Part shown: piece by piece, positions 52,329 to 64,000 of the stretch
Layout: every line of letters begins with the position of its first letter
Numbering within the stretch: position 1 is the stretch's first letter
Assembly: GCA_009103225.1 (NCBI GenBank)
Contig: RHPI01002438.1
Location: forward strand, 750,755-814,754
Reading direction: 5' to 3'
Origin: Chlorokybus atmophyticus
Lineage: Eukaryota; Plantae; Mesostigma and Chlorokybus algae
Length of the DNA: 64,000 nt
Notes under the pieces: generated by a model
Databases searched by the model: none
The model's input: the letters and a program-made list of their open reading frames with translations, nothing else
What the model was told of the DNA's origin: nothing
Position numbers and translations under genes: made by a program

Positions 52329-54551
52329 ATGGCGGCGGTGGACAGGGCGGGTGGCCAAGGGAGGCTGGCCACCGTGGCCGTCGCTGCTGCGGCAGCGCTG
52401 GGCGCAGCGGGGCTCACATACCTCGCCACTGCTTACCGGATAGAGCGTCGGCGCCGGCTGCGAGAGGTTAGCCTGTGTAGAGTAGTCAAGCCAGCAGTGC
52501 GGCTGCTGGGATTGTGAAAATTGCAGCAGTGGAGACTTTGTTGCATTGCCGCTGCGTTTGAACTTGCTAACTAGCAATGCATGCCAAGGAGCTGCTTGTG
52601 ACCTTTGCATGCTATGTTGCTGTAGTGCCCTGCGACCAGCACGCACACGCAACACAGCTTGTTGCTTGCAAACGTCAAAAGCCTGCAGTTGGAGCTGTAC
52701 CGTATGCGTATGTGTATGCTTGTGCGTCAGCGTGCCTGCCGTCAGCGTTGCTTTGCGTGAGTGTGTTGACCTAGTCAGTGCTCATTGGAACTGCAAGCTG
52801 TGTGCTAATGTGCTAGCTGTTTGTCGTATGTGCTATCCTCAGTAGGCTCAACTTCCTGCTGTATGTGCTATCACCATGTGCCAGGATCCGTTAAAACTCT
52901 CTTTTGCCTTTGTTCCAACTCCAACACTGAGGCTGTGCGTACGCTTGAATTACCACATAACAGAACCGACTTGGTAGACTTCCCATTTATGTCATACTCA
53001 CTCACCTGCGGTGCCCTTGGTCGGTTGGCGTTTTGTTGTTGCCTACTGAAAGCATACGCCGCAGGCTGTGGAGGACGGGGTAGAGTTGGACTCATCAGGG
53101 AAGACTGTGCGCAGCACAACCGCAAGCGGTTCTGTAGTGTACGAAGCAGAAAGGGCCGTTCATGAGTACTTGCAGTTCCACTACGCGCCTGCTGAGGAGT
53201 TGTGCCCATACCCAAGTAAGTCAACACGCTGTCGCTGCGGGCTCAAACACATGCACCACGCTTACACACGTTTTTTGCTCTTCAGACAGGCCGGAGGCGG
53301 CTTTGAGGTTCCCGGAGCGTTGCGCTGAGTTGTGCATAAAGCATGCACCGAACAATGCCGGCTCCGGTGATATCACCGCCACAACGCGAGCAGCTGACGT
53401 TGGTTGTGCTGTTGGTGGGTAAGTAACCATGAGCATCAAGCGCAGTTGCACGAATGCAGTGAGGTGAGTTAACAGCCAACAAGAACTCTTTGGCAGAGCT
53501 GCCTTTGCGTTGGCGCGCGGGTTTGATGAGGTGATAGGCATAGACTACTCACACGCCTTCATTGGTGCCGCCTCAACTATGAAGGTCAGTTGTTACGGGG
53601 GATGTTTTACTGGTATGCGTCTGCGTGTTCTTGTTATGTAAATCATGGTGTTGCTAGTGTTGGCAGTAGCGGCATTTCCTAGCAAGGCCCATAGTTACAT
53701 GCACCCGTCGCGCAGGAGCGTGGTTCAATGCCATACACGTTTCAAGTTGAAGGCGACATCACTGCGCGACAAACAGCGCAGGTCGCAACAGACATAGATA
53801 GGAGCAAAGTGTCTTTCCGGTAAGTTGCGCTTTGGTCGAGGCTTGGCATTATGACTTGCGCATGCCCTTGCGCATGCTCATGATGCCTCTTGAATTCAGG
53901 CACGGAGATGCTTGCGCGCTGTCGGTGAAGGAGCTCGGACAATTCGACTGCATACTTGCGGGTATGCAAGCTGCTTGCCTGATGCGCTACACTTTTGTTC
54001 TTCTCTCTCTAAGAACGATGATGTTTTACTCACTATCGGCTTTAACCCCAGTCCCACAACGGGTAGTGTTGTGTAACTGACTGTCCTGTGGATCAGCCAA
54101 CTTGTTGTGTAGATTGCCACGGCCGGACAACTTTATCCACTTTCTGCCGTCTCTTGTAAAACCCGGTGGCACTGTTGTGTTTCTATCCCCGTACTCGTGG
54201 CTGGAAGAGTACACTCCAAGGTTGGGTGTTGATCTTGCCAAGTAGTGGCATAGCGTGGTAGCATCATGTCAAACCGGCAGCTGACATGTTTGTTATGAAG
54301 GCATCATTGGGTGGGCGGATTGGTGAAGGGTAACGGCGAACCGCTGTACTCCGCAAATGCTCTGACCAAAATGACGGACTTGGGCTTCCAGTTGATTCAT
54401 GAGGTTCGTGTGCTTCACGCTTGGCTGTGTCAATGAATTGTACGTGCTCATACTGGCATATGCGCAGTCTGATGAGCCTTTCTTGATTCGTGAGCATCGC
54501 CGCAAGTTCCAGTGGGGTTGCAGCCATGCCACGGTGTGGCAGAAGACCTGA
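52329..54551 (+). CDS. Stand-alone SAM-dependent methyltransferase of the OvoA C-terminal (mercaptohistidine N-methyltransferase) type with an N-terminal TM anchor (328 aa, 9 exons)
   Basis: Exons 52329-52466, 53065-53215, 53286-53418, 53497-53584, 53716-53819, 53900-53961, 54097-54220, 54301-54403 and 54468-54551 sum to 987 nt. Motifs YEAERAVHEYLQFHY, FPERCAELC, DVGCAVGGAAFALARGFDEVIGIDYSHAFI, GDACAL, ANLLCRLPRP, KPGGTVVFLSPYSWLEEYTP, PFLIREHRRKFQW. Confidence 0.88.
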
Positions 54552-55655
54552 GTACATGCGCTGCATGATAAAAGGATTGAATACGGTTGCGCTCAAGCTA
54601 CAGGGCTGGTTTAACAGCATAGTCAATGATTGTGCAAGCTGTGTGCGGTTTCGTACACAGCATAAGCCACACCAGTTTAAGCTGGTTTGTCATTTCTTGA
54701 GACGTTGCCGCAGCAGCCGCTTGACAGCAGGCATACACCTAGTGGCCTTATAGAAGCTGTCTCTCGCACTCATTCTCTCGCCTTTTCTCTCCCTTGGCTT
54801 CCCTCCCTCTCCCCATGTGTGCCTGTCACTGTCATTCCCGCCATCCCTCTCGCCCTCACTCCGCCTCCTCAATTGCCCGTCTCCTTGTCTGTCTCTCCCT
54901 TGTCGTCAAACTGCCCTGATGGGGCGCTGCATGCAGCGCTGCATGGGTTGAGCATACTATTATTTCAATTCAAGGGTTGATGTAGCTCAGATACATCAAT
55001 GGCAGTGGCTGCCACTGAAGGTTTGGCAAGTTGCAGTTGTGGCAAAGATGTGACATGGGCACCTTTGTTGCAAGAGTGCAGTTCTGTGCACAGCGCTTCA
55101 TGCAATCAGGTACCTACCATATTGTGGGCGAGGTGGAGGTCGTGATTGGTCACAAGGTGATTGACTTTTTCCATAAACACAAGTGTGTTGTGATAATTGA
55201 CTAATTATTGACTGCATGACATTACTCAATTATCTTGACCATGAATGACGCACTGGAACTACCCCAGCTCTTAACCGTGATGTCCACTTCTGCTACCAGG
55301 GATACCAATCATGTTCGAGGGCTTGTAATACAGAGCAAACAGAGCCCAACAGTTGGAGAAAACACGCACTCAGTACTTAGCAATAGTAAATACACCCTAT
55401 ACATACACTCATCAAGCAACCTAGGACCCTACTTGCTGCCACCTCATAAGAGGTGCCGCAGCTAGTGCTACTGAAAAACTGCACGCTATGCTAACCACAT
55501 CACACAAGCTCCGCAGCAGCTGCAAGCAAACGCCCAGCAGACTGCGTCTGCCGGCCGCAGTTCAGGCTTATGAAGCCAGCATGCGACTGCTGCTGAAAAA
55601 GCACAACCCATGCTGCCAGGAGGCTCGCGTGCTGCACAAGCCAAGGATGCAAGCT

Positions 55656-56980
55656 CTACCGATCCTGCACCAGCTGCTTTACAAGAGCAATGAGTATATC
55701 ATCTCGGCGCTCTGCGCGAGCCTCCTCGCGTTTAAACCGCTCGGCCTCCTGCTCTCTCCACTCCTTCTCCTCTAACCGCCGCTCCTCCTCGCGCTTCTCC
55801 TGCCAGTCCATCCATCGCTTCTCTGCGCCCTGCAGTTCGGCTATCAGCGACCGCACCGTCTGCGTCACATTGTCGGCCGTAATCTTGCTAATGGTCCTGC
55901 GCTTGCGCTTCTTGCCGCTTCCCATGCCGCCAAACTTGGGCTCAACATCAGAGCCATCATCATCTTCGTCGTCACCGTTCTCAGGGCCACCTGCCCCGCT
56001 TCCACCCGCACCTGCAACCCCAACAATGCACCTGTGAGCAATGCTGCACCTAAGCTATGTGTTACGCAACAGTCATGTTTGACACAGTGCATACCTGCCA
56101 GGCGGATGCCTTGTGCGAGCACTGGCAACCCTGACTCCATAAGATACACTGGAGATGTGGACTTGCGCGAACCCACTATTGACGCGAGCTCATCATGAAC
56201 CCGCGAGTTTGTTTCACTGATGCTGACACCTTTTATTTTCTGCGCAAAACCGGCAAACATCAGACCAAGCAACAGCAGCTTCCGCAACCAATTCAGTGAA
56301 AAGCATAACTAGCAACAACTCATAGGCATCTGTGCATACCTAAGAGACAACACTTGCACAAGAGCAAAAACAGGAGGCCAAGTTCGAACATGCAACTCAC
56401 ATGAGACAGATGCGGGTACCTTGTACAGTTTGAGCAGGTTTTCCCATCGTGTTTTGCACTGCTTTACGGGGCGCGAACACCCGTGCTCCGCCATCTTGCG
56501 TGCGAGCGCCTCCCAGACAGTGGCGTTCCTCTTCACCGTCTTGAAGTCGTTCTCAAAGTGCTTATGCAAGGCAATAAGCAGCTTCGTCTCCTCTGAGGAC
56601 CACGTGGCAGCGCGAGCACGGGGTGCATGGTCCTCTCCACCCTGCCCGCCTCCCTACAAGTTGACAAGCAGTAAGTACGCTACACAACTCAATTCCCACA
56701 AGGACTGAACTTCTTCAAACCAGCTCTCCTGCACATGCCATTGACGGAAGATTGTTTCATCGACACAGAACAAGGGGCTAACCTGATCCTGAACATGCGC
56801 CTCCATGGCGCCAGGAGCGACACCCACAGGAATGTTATCGTTCAGGTTAAGGGTCCCGTTTATTGTGGCCATCATGCCTGCAGTCACAGCAATACCAACA
56901 TCAACAGCAGTAGCAAGCGATTGGCAGTCAGACGGCGAAGGTTGGGTGTTGTGTAACGTACCTTGTTCTGTGGCCTCCAT
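55656..56980 (-). CDS. Trihelix (Myb/SANT-like) transcription factor, GT-1/GT-3-like, 5 exons
   Basis: WSSEETKLLIAL...VWEALARKMAEHGCSRPVKQCKTRWENLLKLYK; HDELASIV; acidic patch; basic NLS-like KKRKRR; C-terminal coiled coil EEKEWREQE...REEARAERRDDILIALVKQL resembling the REEARAEKRD tail of plant GT-3 proteins. Confidence 0.85.
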
Positions 56981-58290
56981 GGCGGCGGCGACCCAAGGCA
57001 ACCCCCCCTGCCCCCCCACCCAGCGTCTACCTACCCCGTCAGCCAGGCCTGCCAGCGCCGCAGCATGCGCAAGGCTGCCGCCTGCAGCTCCTGCTGCCGC
57101 CGCTTCCTCCACGACGACCGACAACAACCCCCGACCAGGGGCCGCCCACTACTAGTCTCTACCGGACCAACGCTAAGCACCAAGCTGAGAGACACCACCA
57201 CCAACGACAACGACGACAACAGACAACCGCTCCCCAGCTACACCCTCCTCGCCGCCCCCGCCGCCGCCCCCCAATGGGGCGGCGCAGCCCAGCTCTACGC
57301 GCCCTGCAAGTTCAAATTTTCTCCCCTGTAGCCTGGTTACTCCGCCCCACCTCCTTTGCTCCAAAGCAAAGCACAAACCAGACCAGGCCGTGAAGTGGAG
57401 TGGAGTTTACTCTAGTTTAACTCTAACCTCCAGTCTGTAAACCACCCCGCCGGCTACCTCGCCGCCAACCTCGCAAAGGGGGTTAGGGTTTTAGCCGCCC
57501 CAACCCCGAGTGTCGCGCGCCGCGAAAAGGTGGAGTTGTATGCGGCGGGGCACCGCAGTAGCCCGGCCGCCATAGCCGCCTATAGCACAGCTGTTGACGA
57601 CGACCGGGGCCGGCAGGCGCCGGTGTCTCTCCTAATACAGGGTTTGATCGACCGGGGCGGGGAGCGTAAAGTGGGGTACGTGACCTAATTGTGTCGGTCG
57701 GGGTTGGGTTGAATGAGGTGGAAGCGGTTGACCTCAGTGTAACCGGCAGCGCACCCTGCGGGCCACAGCGGAACCGCCGCGGAGGGGCAGGTGCGGCATC
57801 GATTGAGAACGCGGCGAGGCGGTTGGCTTGGGCGGACAAGTTGGTTGTGTGGTTTTACGAACGCCGTACACAAACCCAGCACAGCCGCGTGAGCAGCTGA
57901 TGTCAGTTTCGCGGCCTGCGAGTCTATTAATCCAAAAGCATACAAAGCGCGCGCGCGCGCGCGCAAGCCTCAGTTTGTTTGTATGGTTCATGTAACCAAC
58001 CCCCAAGGGGCTGTTTACACTTAACGTTAAAGCAATTCTGTTCTAATCTATGCTAATATTTGGGATGTCAGCAGTACAACTGCGTGCACACACATCTACA
58101 ATTTTACAATTTACATGCGAGCCCCGTAGCGTGCATATAATAATGCACACATAAATAAGCACAATCACATGTGATGAAAAACCGCCAATAGTGCATTCAT
58201 GATGACATACATAATTCCACACAACATGCATTTGAAAAAACATGCGTCGCAAAGCATCAATTGTAATGGTTACGTGATCTTGTGTCACCC

Positions 58291-58358
58291 ATTACGCATA
58301 AGCATTGCAACGCGATTATGCATAATTACGCATAAGCATTGCAACGCGATTATGCGTA
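58291..58358. repeat. 34-bp tandem duplication in AT-rich decayed DNA
   Basis: attacgcataagcattgcaacgcgattatgc occurs twice in tandem. Confidence 0.85.
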
Positions 58359-59459
58359 ATTGCGTAATTTATCCTTCATCACATTTATTGTGCGCAGCAA
58401 TTAATAAAGAATGATTCTTGATATTATTGTTATTATATGTGTATTTACCTTCGAGCATCTTAAAAGTAAGTTAAAAACGTTTGGCGTTCCATCTTTTGCA
58501 AATACATTGATGTCACGACAATCATCATAAGATGAGGGCAATATCACGCTTATCATAATGTGTTGATGCAAATAAACGAAGCCTTGTTCACGCAAAGAGG
58601 TGAGCCGCTGCATGCTTGTCAGCATGCCGGATGTTAACAGTTGATCATGTATAATCAACTTTGATACTACTACACGATGATCAATGGTAAATCTTTAAGC
58701 AAATAATTTTGTTTTTATTCGTTTATGCTTAACAAAATGAAAGTAATTGTAATTGCAACACGCATTAACATAAATGTTGGAAGAGTGCCAACTCTTAACC
58801 GCGTGACAGTTAAGATTTGTCACTCTTTCATCAATTGTCTCTCCAGACATATTTGCAATTGTCAAGTCTGATACATCAACACATCACAGCATTGGAATAA
58901 ATATACAACTCAAAGATTTAACGAAGCTTTATGGTTGTTTTATGTATATTGTCATTATTAGCCTTTTTATATATGTATATGCATTGCTTCAACATTAAGG
59001 TGAAAGCGCAGCATTATATACAATGAATGTTGTATAGTGTATCAATCAGACAACTCCATCAAGCACCTCATTGCGTGTGTATAAAAATACGCATATACTA
59101 ACTGCAGGTGCTTTAAGACGTATACTCACTCTTGTGGATCAGCTTCATATTGCAGCCGACACGTATGCTGACACTAAGTGGAAGACTTGGTCTTCGTTTC
59201 GATTAGTTCAGCTGATTATAGAGAGGCATGCTTGTCATTATTATTCTAATATTTTGGTGTAACCACCAAATTCACACAAAGTTTGGAAGTTAAATTCGTG
59301 TGACTTATCTATGGAAGCATTGGTATTATTCATTATTGTTGTCTTGATGCCGACGTTGCTAAAGAGTTGCATATGCAATACGGTTGCATTCTACTTGAAG
59401 TCAAAAAATACATGCTACAAACACATCATACAAACATTAGGCCTTGTGTTTTATGCATT

Positions 59460-59800
59460 AACATGAAGTTTGACAAGCTGCAAGGCTACATTGTATATAT
59501 ATGCTGAAAGATGGACATTACCTCCGACTTCTGGCAAATTTGCATGCATTAGGACGGTTGTGCTAAGACGGCGTGTTAAACATACGCTACTCTGTACGAG
59601 TGGACAATGATGCCTTTCGGCCTCTGCAATGCTCCTGCGACTTTCAATGGTGCAGTACATTATGAACCATTATTTCTACTCATTTGCTTGAATGACATTT
59701 TCGTATGTTCAAAGGCAATGAAGAGCATGTGTCACATGTATGGCAGGTGTTAAGCGTCTAAAAGTAACAAGCGTCGAACTTAAAGACACGTTCGTGTTTG
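59460..59800 (+). mobile_element. Old, AT-rich Ty3/gypsy reverse-transcriptase relic
   Basis: DKLQG...KMDITSDFWQI...AKTA...LYEWTMMPFGLCNAPATF...LNDIF, with several stops. Confidence 0.75.
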
Positions 59801-60192
59801 CAGTATTACAGTTATTTTGCTTGAACGTCATAGCACATGGCGCTCGATGAATGCGGACACACGTATACTCTTACGTCAAAACGCCGCCAGCAATTGGTTC
59901 CCTTCACCACACGATGTACAGGCAGTACGTCGTTTTCTTGAGATGTACGCAACTAATAGACAATGCACATCTTAAGCACTGGTTGAACCAAGCACAACAA
60001 GGACTGTACGTAGCAATGGTCACCATTGCCGCATTGCACGATGATAAACATGATGTTTATATTCGTGCCAACAGCTGTCGCTCAATCACAAAACCAACAA
60101 AACAACGCACATTGTTCTACAATTAACACTCACCCACCAACGCTACCTTGTGACTTGCGGCGTCACCTGCAACAACACATCAGATTGACCAC

Positions 60193-60244
60193 TACACACA
60201 CACACACACACACACACGCACATGCACACGCACACGCATACACA
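60193..60244. repeat. (CA)n microsatellite with degenerate tail
   Basis: acacacacacacacacacacacacacgcacatgcacacgcacacgcatacaca. Confidence 0.95.
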
Positions 60245-61305
60245 TAGAACTCAAGCTATAACACCTTTACCATGATGAATGCTCAGCCTCTTGTCCACAA
60301 GTGATCAATGCAAGGCATTGGTCACTGTGGACAACAGGCTAAGCACAAACTCTCAACGATCACCGTAGACAAAAGGCTGCAGGAAAAAACACTGCCGATA
60401 GTGACTTTTATCGCCATAGCCCAGTGGTTATGACGCCGATGTTGCACTTGTGCAGTGTGTTTTGAATAACAAACGCAAAGAGATGCTGGGGGATTCAATG
60501 TCAATGTGCGCATGCATATTATTTGAGCAATTTTAATGGCGCTACACACGCCATGCAGTTCAGCAGCTCGTGATGTCAAATAATCCCGTCAGTCCTACGA
60601 CGCGTCTACAATGCTAGTCAGGCAGACATGCAAGTTGTGCAAATGGCATGCTGGATGTGAACGAAAAGAGATTGGAGTGGATGCATGTCCGACGCCCGTA
60701 TCAATGACGCACAGTGTTATGCAAGGGCACCAACCCGGACCGCTAGTTGCTATCCCAGCCCCGCTGTACTTGTTCAAACGCTTTTGTTTAGGGCGTCTTA
60801 AGCAAATCACAACAAACGAATATTATATTATATTATATTATTCTATTCGTACAAAAGATTGTGGTCAGCATGCGACCGAAAAATGGGCAACAAACAAATG
60901 GACGAGAAGATTAGAAATTAGAGATCTTGTGCGGAATAAAATTGCTTGTACAAACAAGTTGGGTCTCCATATCGAAGTCGTATAAAATAATGGCATTAAT
61001 GGCGGCGCCAGTGGTGGCAATGTGATAGCATGTGGCGTTCCCGTTTATTGATAAGCTTTAATTGTTGCGTTTGCAGTTATTCACGTGACAGCCGGCTTGA
61101 CGAGCGACCGGTGGATGCTGAAATTAGCTGCGGCGCTGTCGTCGACTCCGTGCTGTTTGTTATCGTTGTCGTCAACGTCCCATCTGTAAATCTCATCGCA
61201 GTATGGCCGTCATTGCTTGCAGGGCAGGGCAGGGCAGCCCGCTACTGTCTGTCGCCGCAACTAGCATTTTTGCAACAGCACGGCCTGACCTGTTCTTTGC
61301 TCAGT

Positions 61306-61478
61306 CACACAGGCGGCGGTCTTAATGGCTAGTCGGAGGCAATGCTTCTTTACCTAGCCAGCGCAGCTTGCTTGGTGACACACAAAGCCGCCGAAAGCTT
61401 GTCCGGACACAGGCGGCCTCAATGGATAGCAGGAGGCAATGCTTTTAACCAGCGCAGCTTGCTTGGCGACACACTAAA
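61306..61478. repeat. Diverged tandem pair of ~75-80 bp units spaced ~100 bp apart
   Basis: acacaggcggc...aatgg.tag..ggaggcaatgctt...ccagcgcagcttgcttgg.gacacac at about 61306-61387 and 61407-61478. Confidence 0.85.
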
Positions 61479-62379
61479 ACGCTCACAACTTGCTCAATGA
61501 TTGGCGCCAACTGTCGTTGCTGCCACCACTAGTGCAGCGTGACGCATGACATGGCCCGCAGCTGCAGTGCATGCAGAGCCCTCCTTGCGCATGCACGATA
61601 GACATCATGTAACTCTTCAGGACATGGTTTGCATACAGCCGATTGTATGATTGTGTTTGGGTAGCGTAGCATTGGACACTGCACACAATAACAGCCAATT
61701 GGCACCCGTCTAATATGTTTGTCGAGCTGCATATGGGCCGATTCGCCCCAGGAGACGATGCATTAGCTTTGGAAGCAAGCTTTGCTACTGACGGTTGCCT
61801 TATCGCCGTTTGCAAGGAGGTGGTAAGCAATGTGCTGCATAATCTCTTGTGATCCGTGCATTGGCCACATTGCGCGCAAGCAGCTAAGTTGAAAAACATC
61901 TGCCATTGCTTTGTCATAACCCATGCATGCTTTTCCGCCGGTGTATTATCACCCTGATAAAGAAAGCATTGCTGGTTGTCAGCCAGGTCATAGCTGTGTG
62001 CATTGCGTGCTGTGTATGCGGTAGCGACTGATTTTGCCTCCTGGTACCGTGCACAAGCGCTGGTGTTGTTGCATGTAACAGCCTGTGCACACATCGAATC
62101 TTGCTTGCCGTCTCACGTGAACAAGTTAAGGCGTCGGATGGTGGGACCATATGCGATTGCATTCACATCATTAAAGTCAGCAGACGCATTACTGTCAGCT
62201 GCACTCCTTAAATAATGCATCAAGCAAGAGAAAGGTGTTCATTGTATTGTTGCACAGCAGCAAGTTGCAATCTACATGCTATTACAGTGCGAGTCGTGAT
62301 GTCATATTAGAGCTTGCCTTGCAATTGGTCAGCTCTATGCCATGCATGCCACATTTTTATGTCAATTGCATGTTGCAAT

Positions 62380-63970
62380 GCAGGGAATTGCTGTGGGCTG
62401 GCCTTGGTGCAACCGCTGCTCTTTGCATTGCAGCGCTGTCAAGATGGGTGATGTCTAGCAATGACGACAAGCTAATCCTCCCCTGCATTGTGCGGATTAC
62501 ATGGGCCTCATGCGCAGTGTCTGTTCTGCCGCCTTCCGCCGTTCATGAAAGAGTCAGAGCATTGAGTTGGTCAACATGCTGCTGCAAAAGGGTAGGTATG
62601 CCAGTTTTGGCACACAACTACACCGCATGTCATACATCCATAACATGCACGATCGATGCTAAGCAATGGAAGTTGCCGCATAAAGAGTGATTGCTTCTCT
62701 GTGTGTTGTACATGTTGGAATGAGCCTCAAGCTCTCCTCGCATCCCCCAAAACTATGAAGTATATTTTAGTCATATATGTGATATGTTTAACAAAGAAAC
62801 TTGGAGAGATGGCTTGTGGACATCCAACAACCGACTCTTGAGTCTCCAAGCACTACAGGGAGTGCTACCTTCCCGCAACATGCTGTGCAAGTCTAGCCAC
62901 CAAGCAACGATCTGCATTACGTGCATGACCAACAGCAATATGACATGAAAAATAGGCAGCTTGCACAACTGAGTGGCGTCAACTGCAGGCCCACCATAAG
63001 TTGATGGCTTTGCATCAGGACATATCAACTGACGATTATGATCTGGATGTGGACGCTCAGGTATTGTCATTGCATAATATAAACAGGCCATGAAAGAGCA
63101 CATGCGCACTATTGCAGATGCAATCATCAAGCCAGGAGTTAATTGGAGGCTTTTAACAATGGGGGATGCGTATATCAGTGCGTAATGCAACGGCTGCTTT
63201 GTTCGTAAGGTTGACATGCAGCCGTGCTTTGACAGTTGTGGGTTAGACCGTCACTGCGCCTCTCTCCGTTTAATAACTCTGATTATTAAATGCGAGTCTT
63301 GCAGACATTCGTGTCACCACCCAAAATAAGTCATCAAGCTTGCGCCAATCGGCCGAGGCAACTGGATGTACATCCCATTCATCTCGAGGTGAGCTACTTG
63401 CCACCTCCAGTGCAACCATCACATTCATTGTTCCTTAATGATACAATTTGACAAGCCCACAAAGTCCGTTGCAGCCATGCCATAATGGCACATGCAGGCA
63501 AGCAGCTTAGTGCCATGCCACCGGGAGGGCCTCCAGCACACGACTCGTTTGTCGGAGAGCTGTCAGTCACCCTGCGCAAGGCACGTGGCCTCCCAACCAT
63601 ACGTTTTCTCAAAACATTTCCTCAGTATCATGTTGTAGCTACATGATGACACAACGAGTTCGGTCAGGTGCAAGGGTTGTGACATTTTGCCATGCTGCTC
63701 ACCCGCCACTTGTCTTAATCTAAACATTGGCAGTTTAGGGGTAAGACACGCACTCTCTCCGCAAGTGTGTGCCGTTGTATATTGGTTGGGCTTGTTGTCA
63801 CAAATGTACGCTGGCAGGTTGAAATCAAGGATTGGACGAAGGCGTGGTGGCAGACAATGTGGTTCCCCCTCCAAGAGAAGCTTCCTTCCCGTCACGTTGT
63901 TTTCACTGAGGGTCAGGTTAAGCTAGAGTTGGAGTACAAGTCGTTTGTGACAGAAGCGCTGCATTGTTGA
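62380..63970 (+). pseudogene. Decayed SMP + C2 domain gene (extended-synaptotagmin/tricalbin, plant NTMC2T5-like)
   Basis: Collinear fragments: TM-like ELLWAGLGATAALCIAALSRW; SIELVNMLLQK (cf. SVEWVNMVLGK); NLERWLVDIQQP; TFVSPPKI then frameshift to KLAPIGRGNWMYIPFIS; FVGELSVTLRKARGLP; GQVKLELEYKSFV. Frameshifts and a missing C2 middle. Confidence 0.55.
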
Positions 63971-64000
63971 ATAAAAGGAGGTTGTGGAAGCTCGCGATGC

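Noticed and set aside
57481-57491. Telo-box-like AAACCCTAA motifs (also 18683-18691) and similar near 40.4-40.8 kb and 48.05 kb
   Set aside because: Isolated single copies, not telomeric arrays; a regulatory role cannot be supported from sequence alone.
55656-57700. Myb/SANT gene as the accessory ORF of a PIF/Harbinger transposon
   Set aside because: No Harbinger DDE transposase, TIRs or 3-bp TSD seen nearby, and the C-terminus resembles host GT-1-clade factors.

Overview
Eukaryotic nuclear DNA with GT-AG introns, most likely from a flagellated green alga. An outer-arm beta-type dynein, a GT-1-clade trihelix factor, a TBL/PC-esterase and a CURT1-like gene together suggest an early-diverging streptophyte alga (inference only). 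Host genes I can assemble by eye: the 3' end of an unknown gene with a (CGG)n tail, a GPI-anchored Cys-rich orphan, a TBL-like O-acetyltransferase, a 6-exon ~4790-aa axonemal dynein heavy chain, a tandem-CAAD/CURT1-like plastid membrane protein, an ATOS/FAM214-like gene, plastid release factor 1, a stand-alone membrane-anchored OvoA-C-terminal-type methyltransferase, a trihelix factor and a decayed SMP+C2 gene. About 9.9-23.3 kb is a nested transposon cluster: a CRE-like LINE end, a near-intact hAT with TIRs and TSD, a gag-like relic, a one-ended hAT and a Ty3/gypsy remnant. The best signal is that gypsy element, which has the C-terminal remnant of a C5 cytosine DNA methyltransferase upstream of RT and a C4HC3 PHD finger after integrase, i.e. 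both a chromatin writer and a reader. No rRNA, tRNA or CRISPR array was seen. All family assignments rest on motifs recognised by eye; no database search was run.
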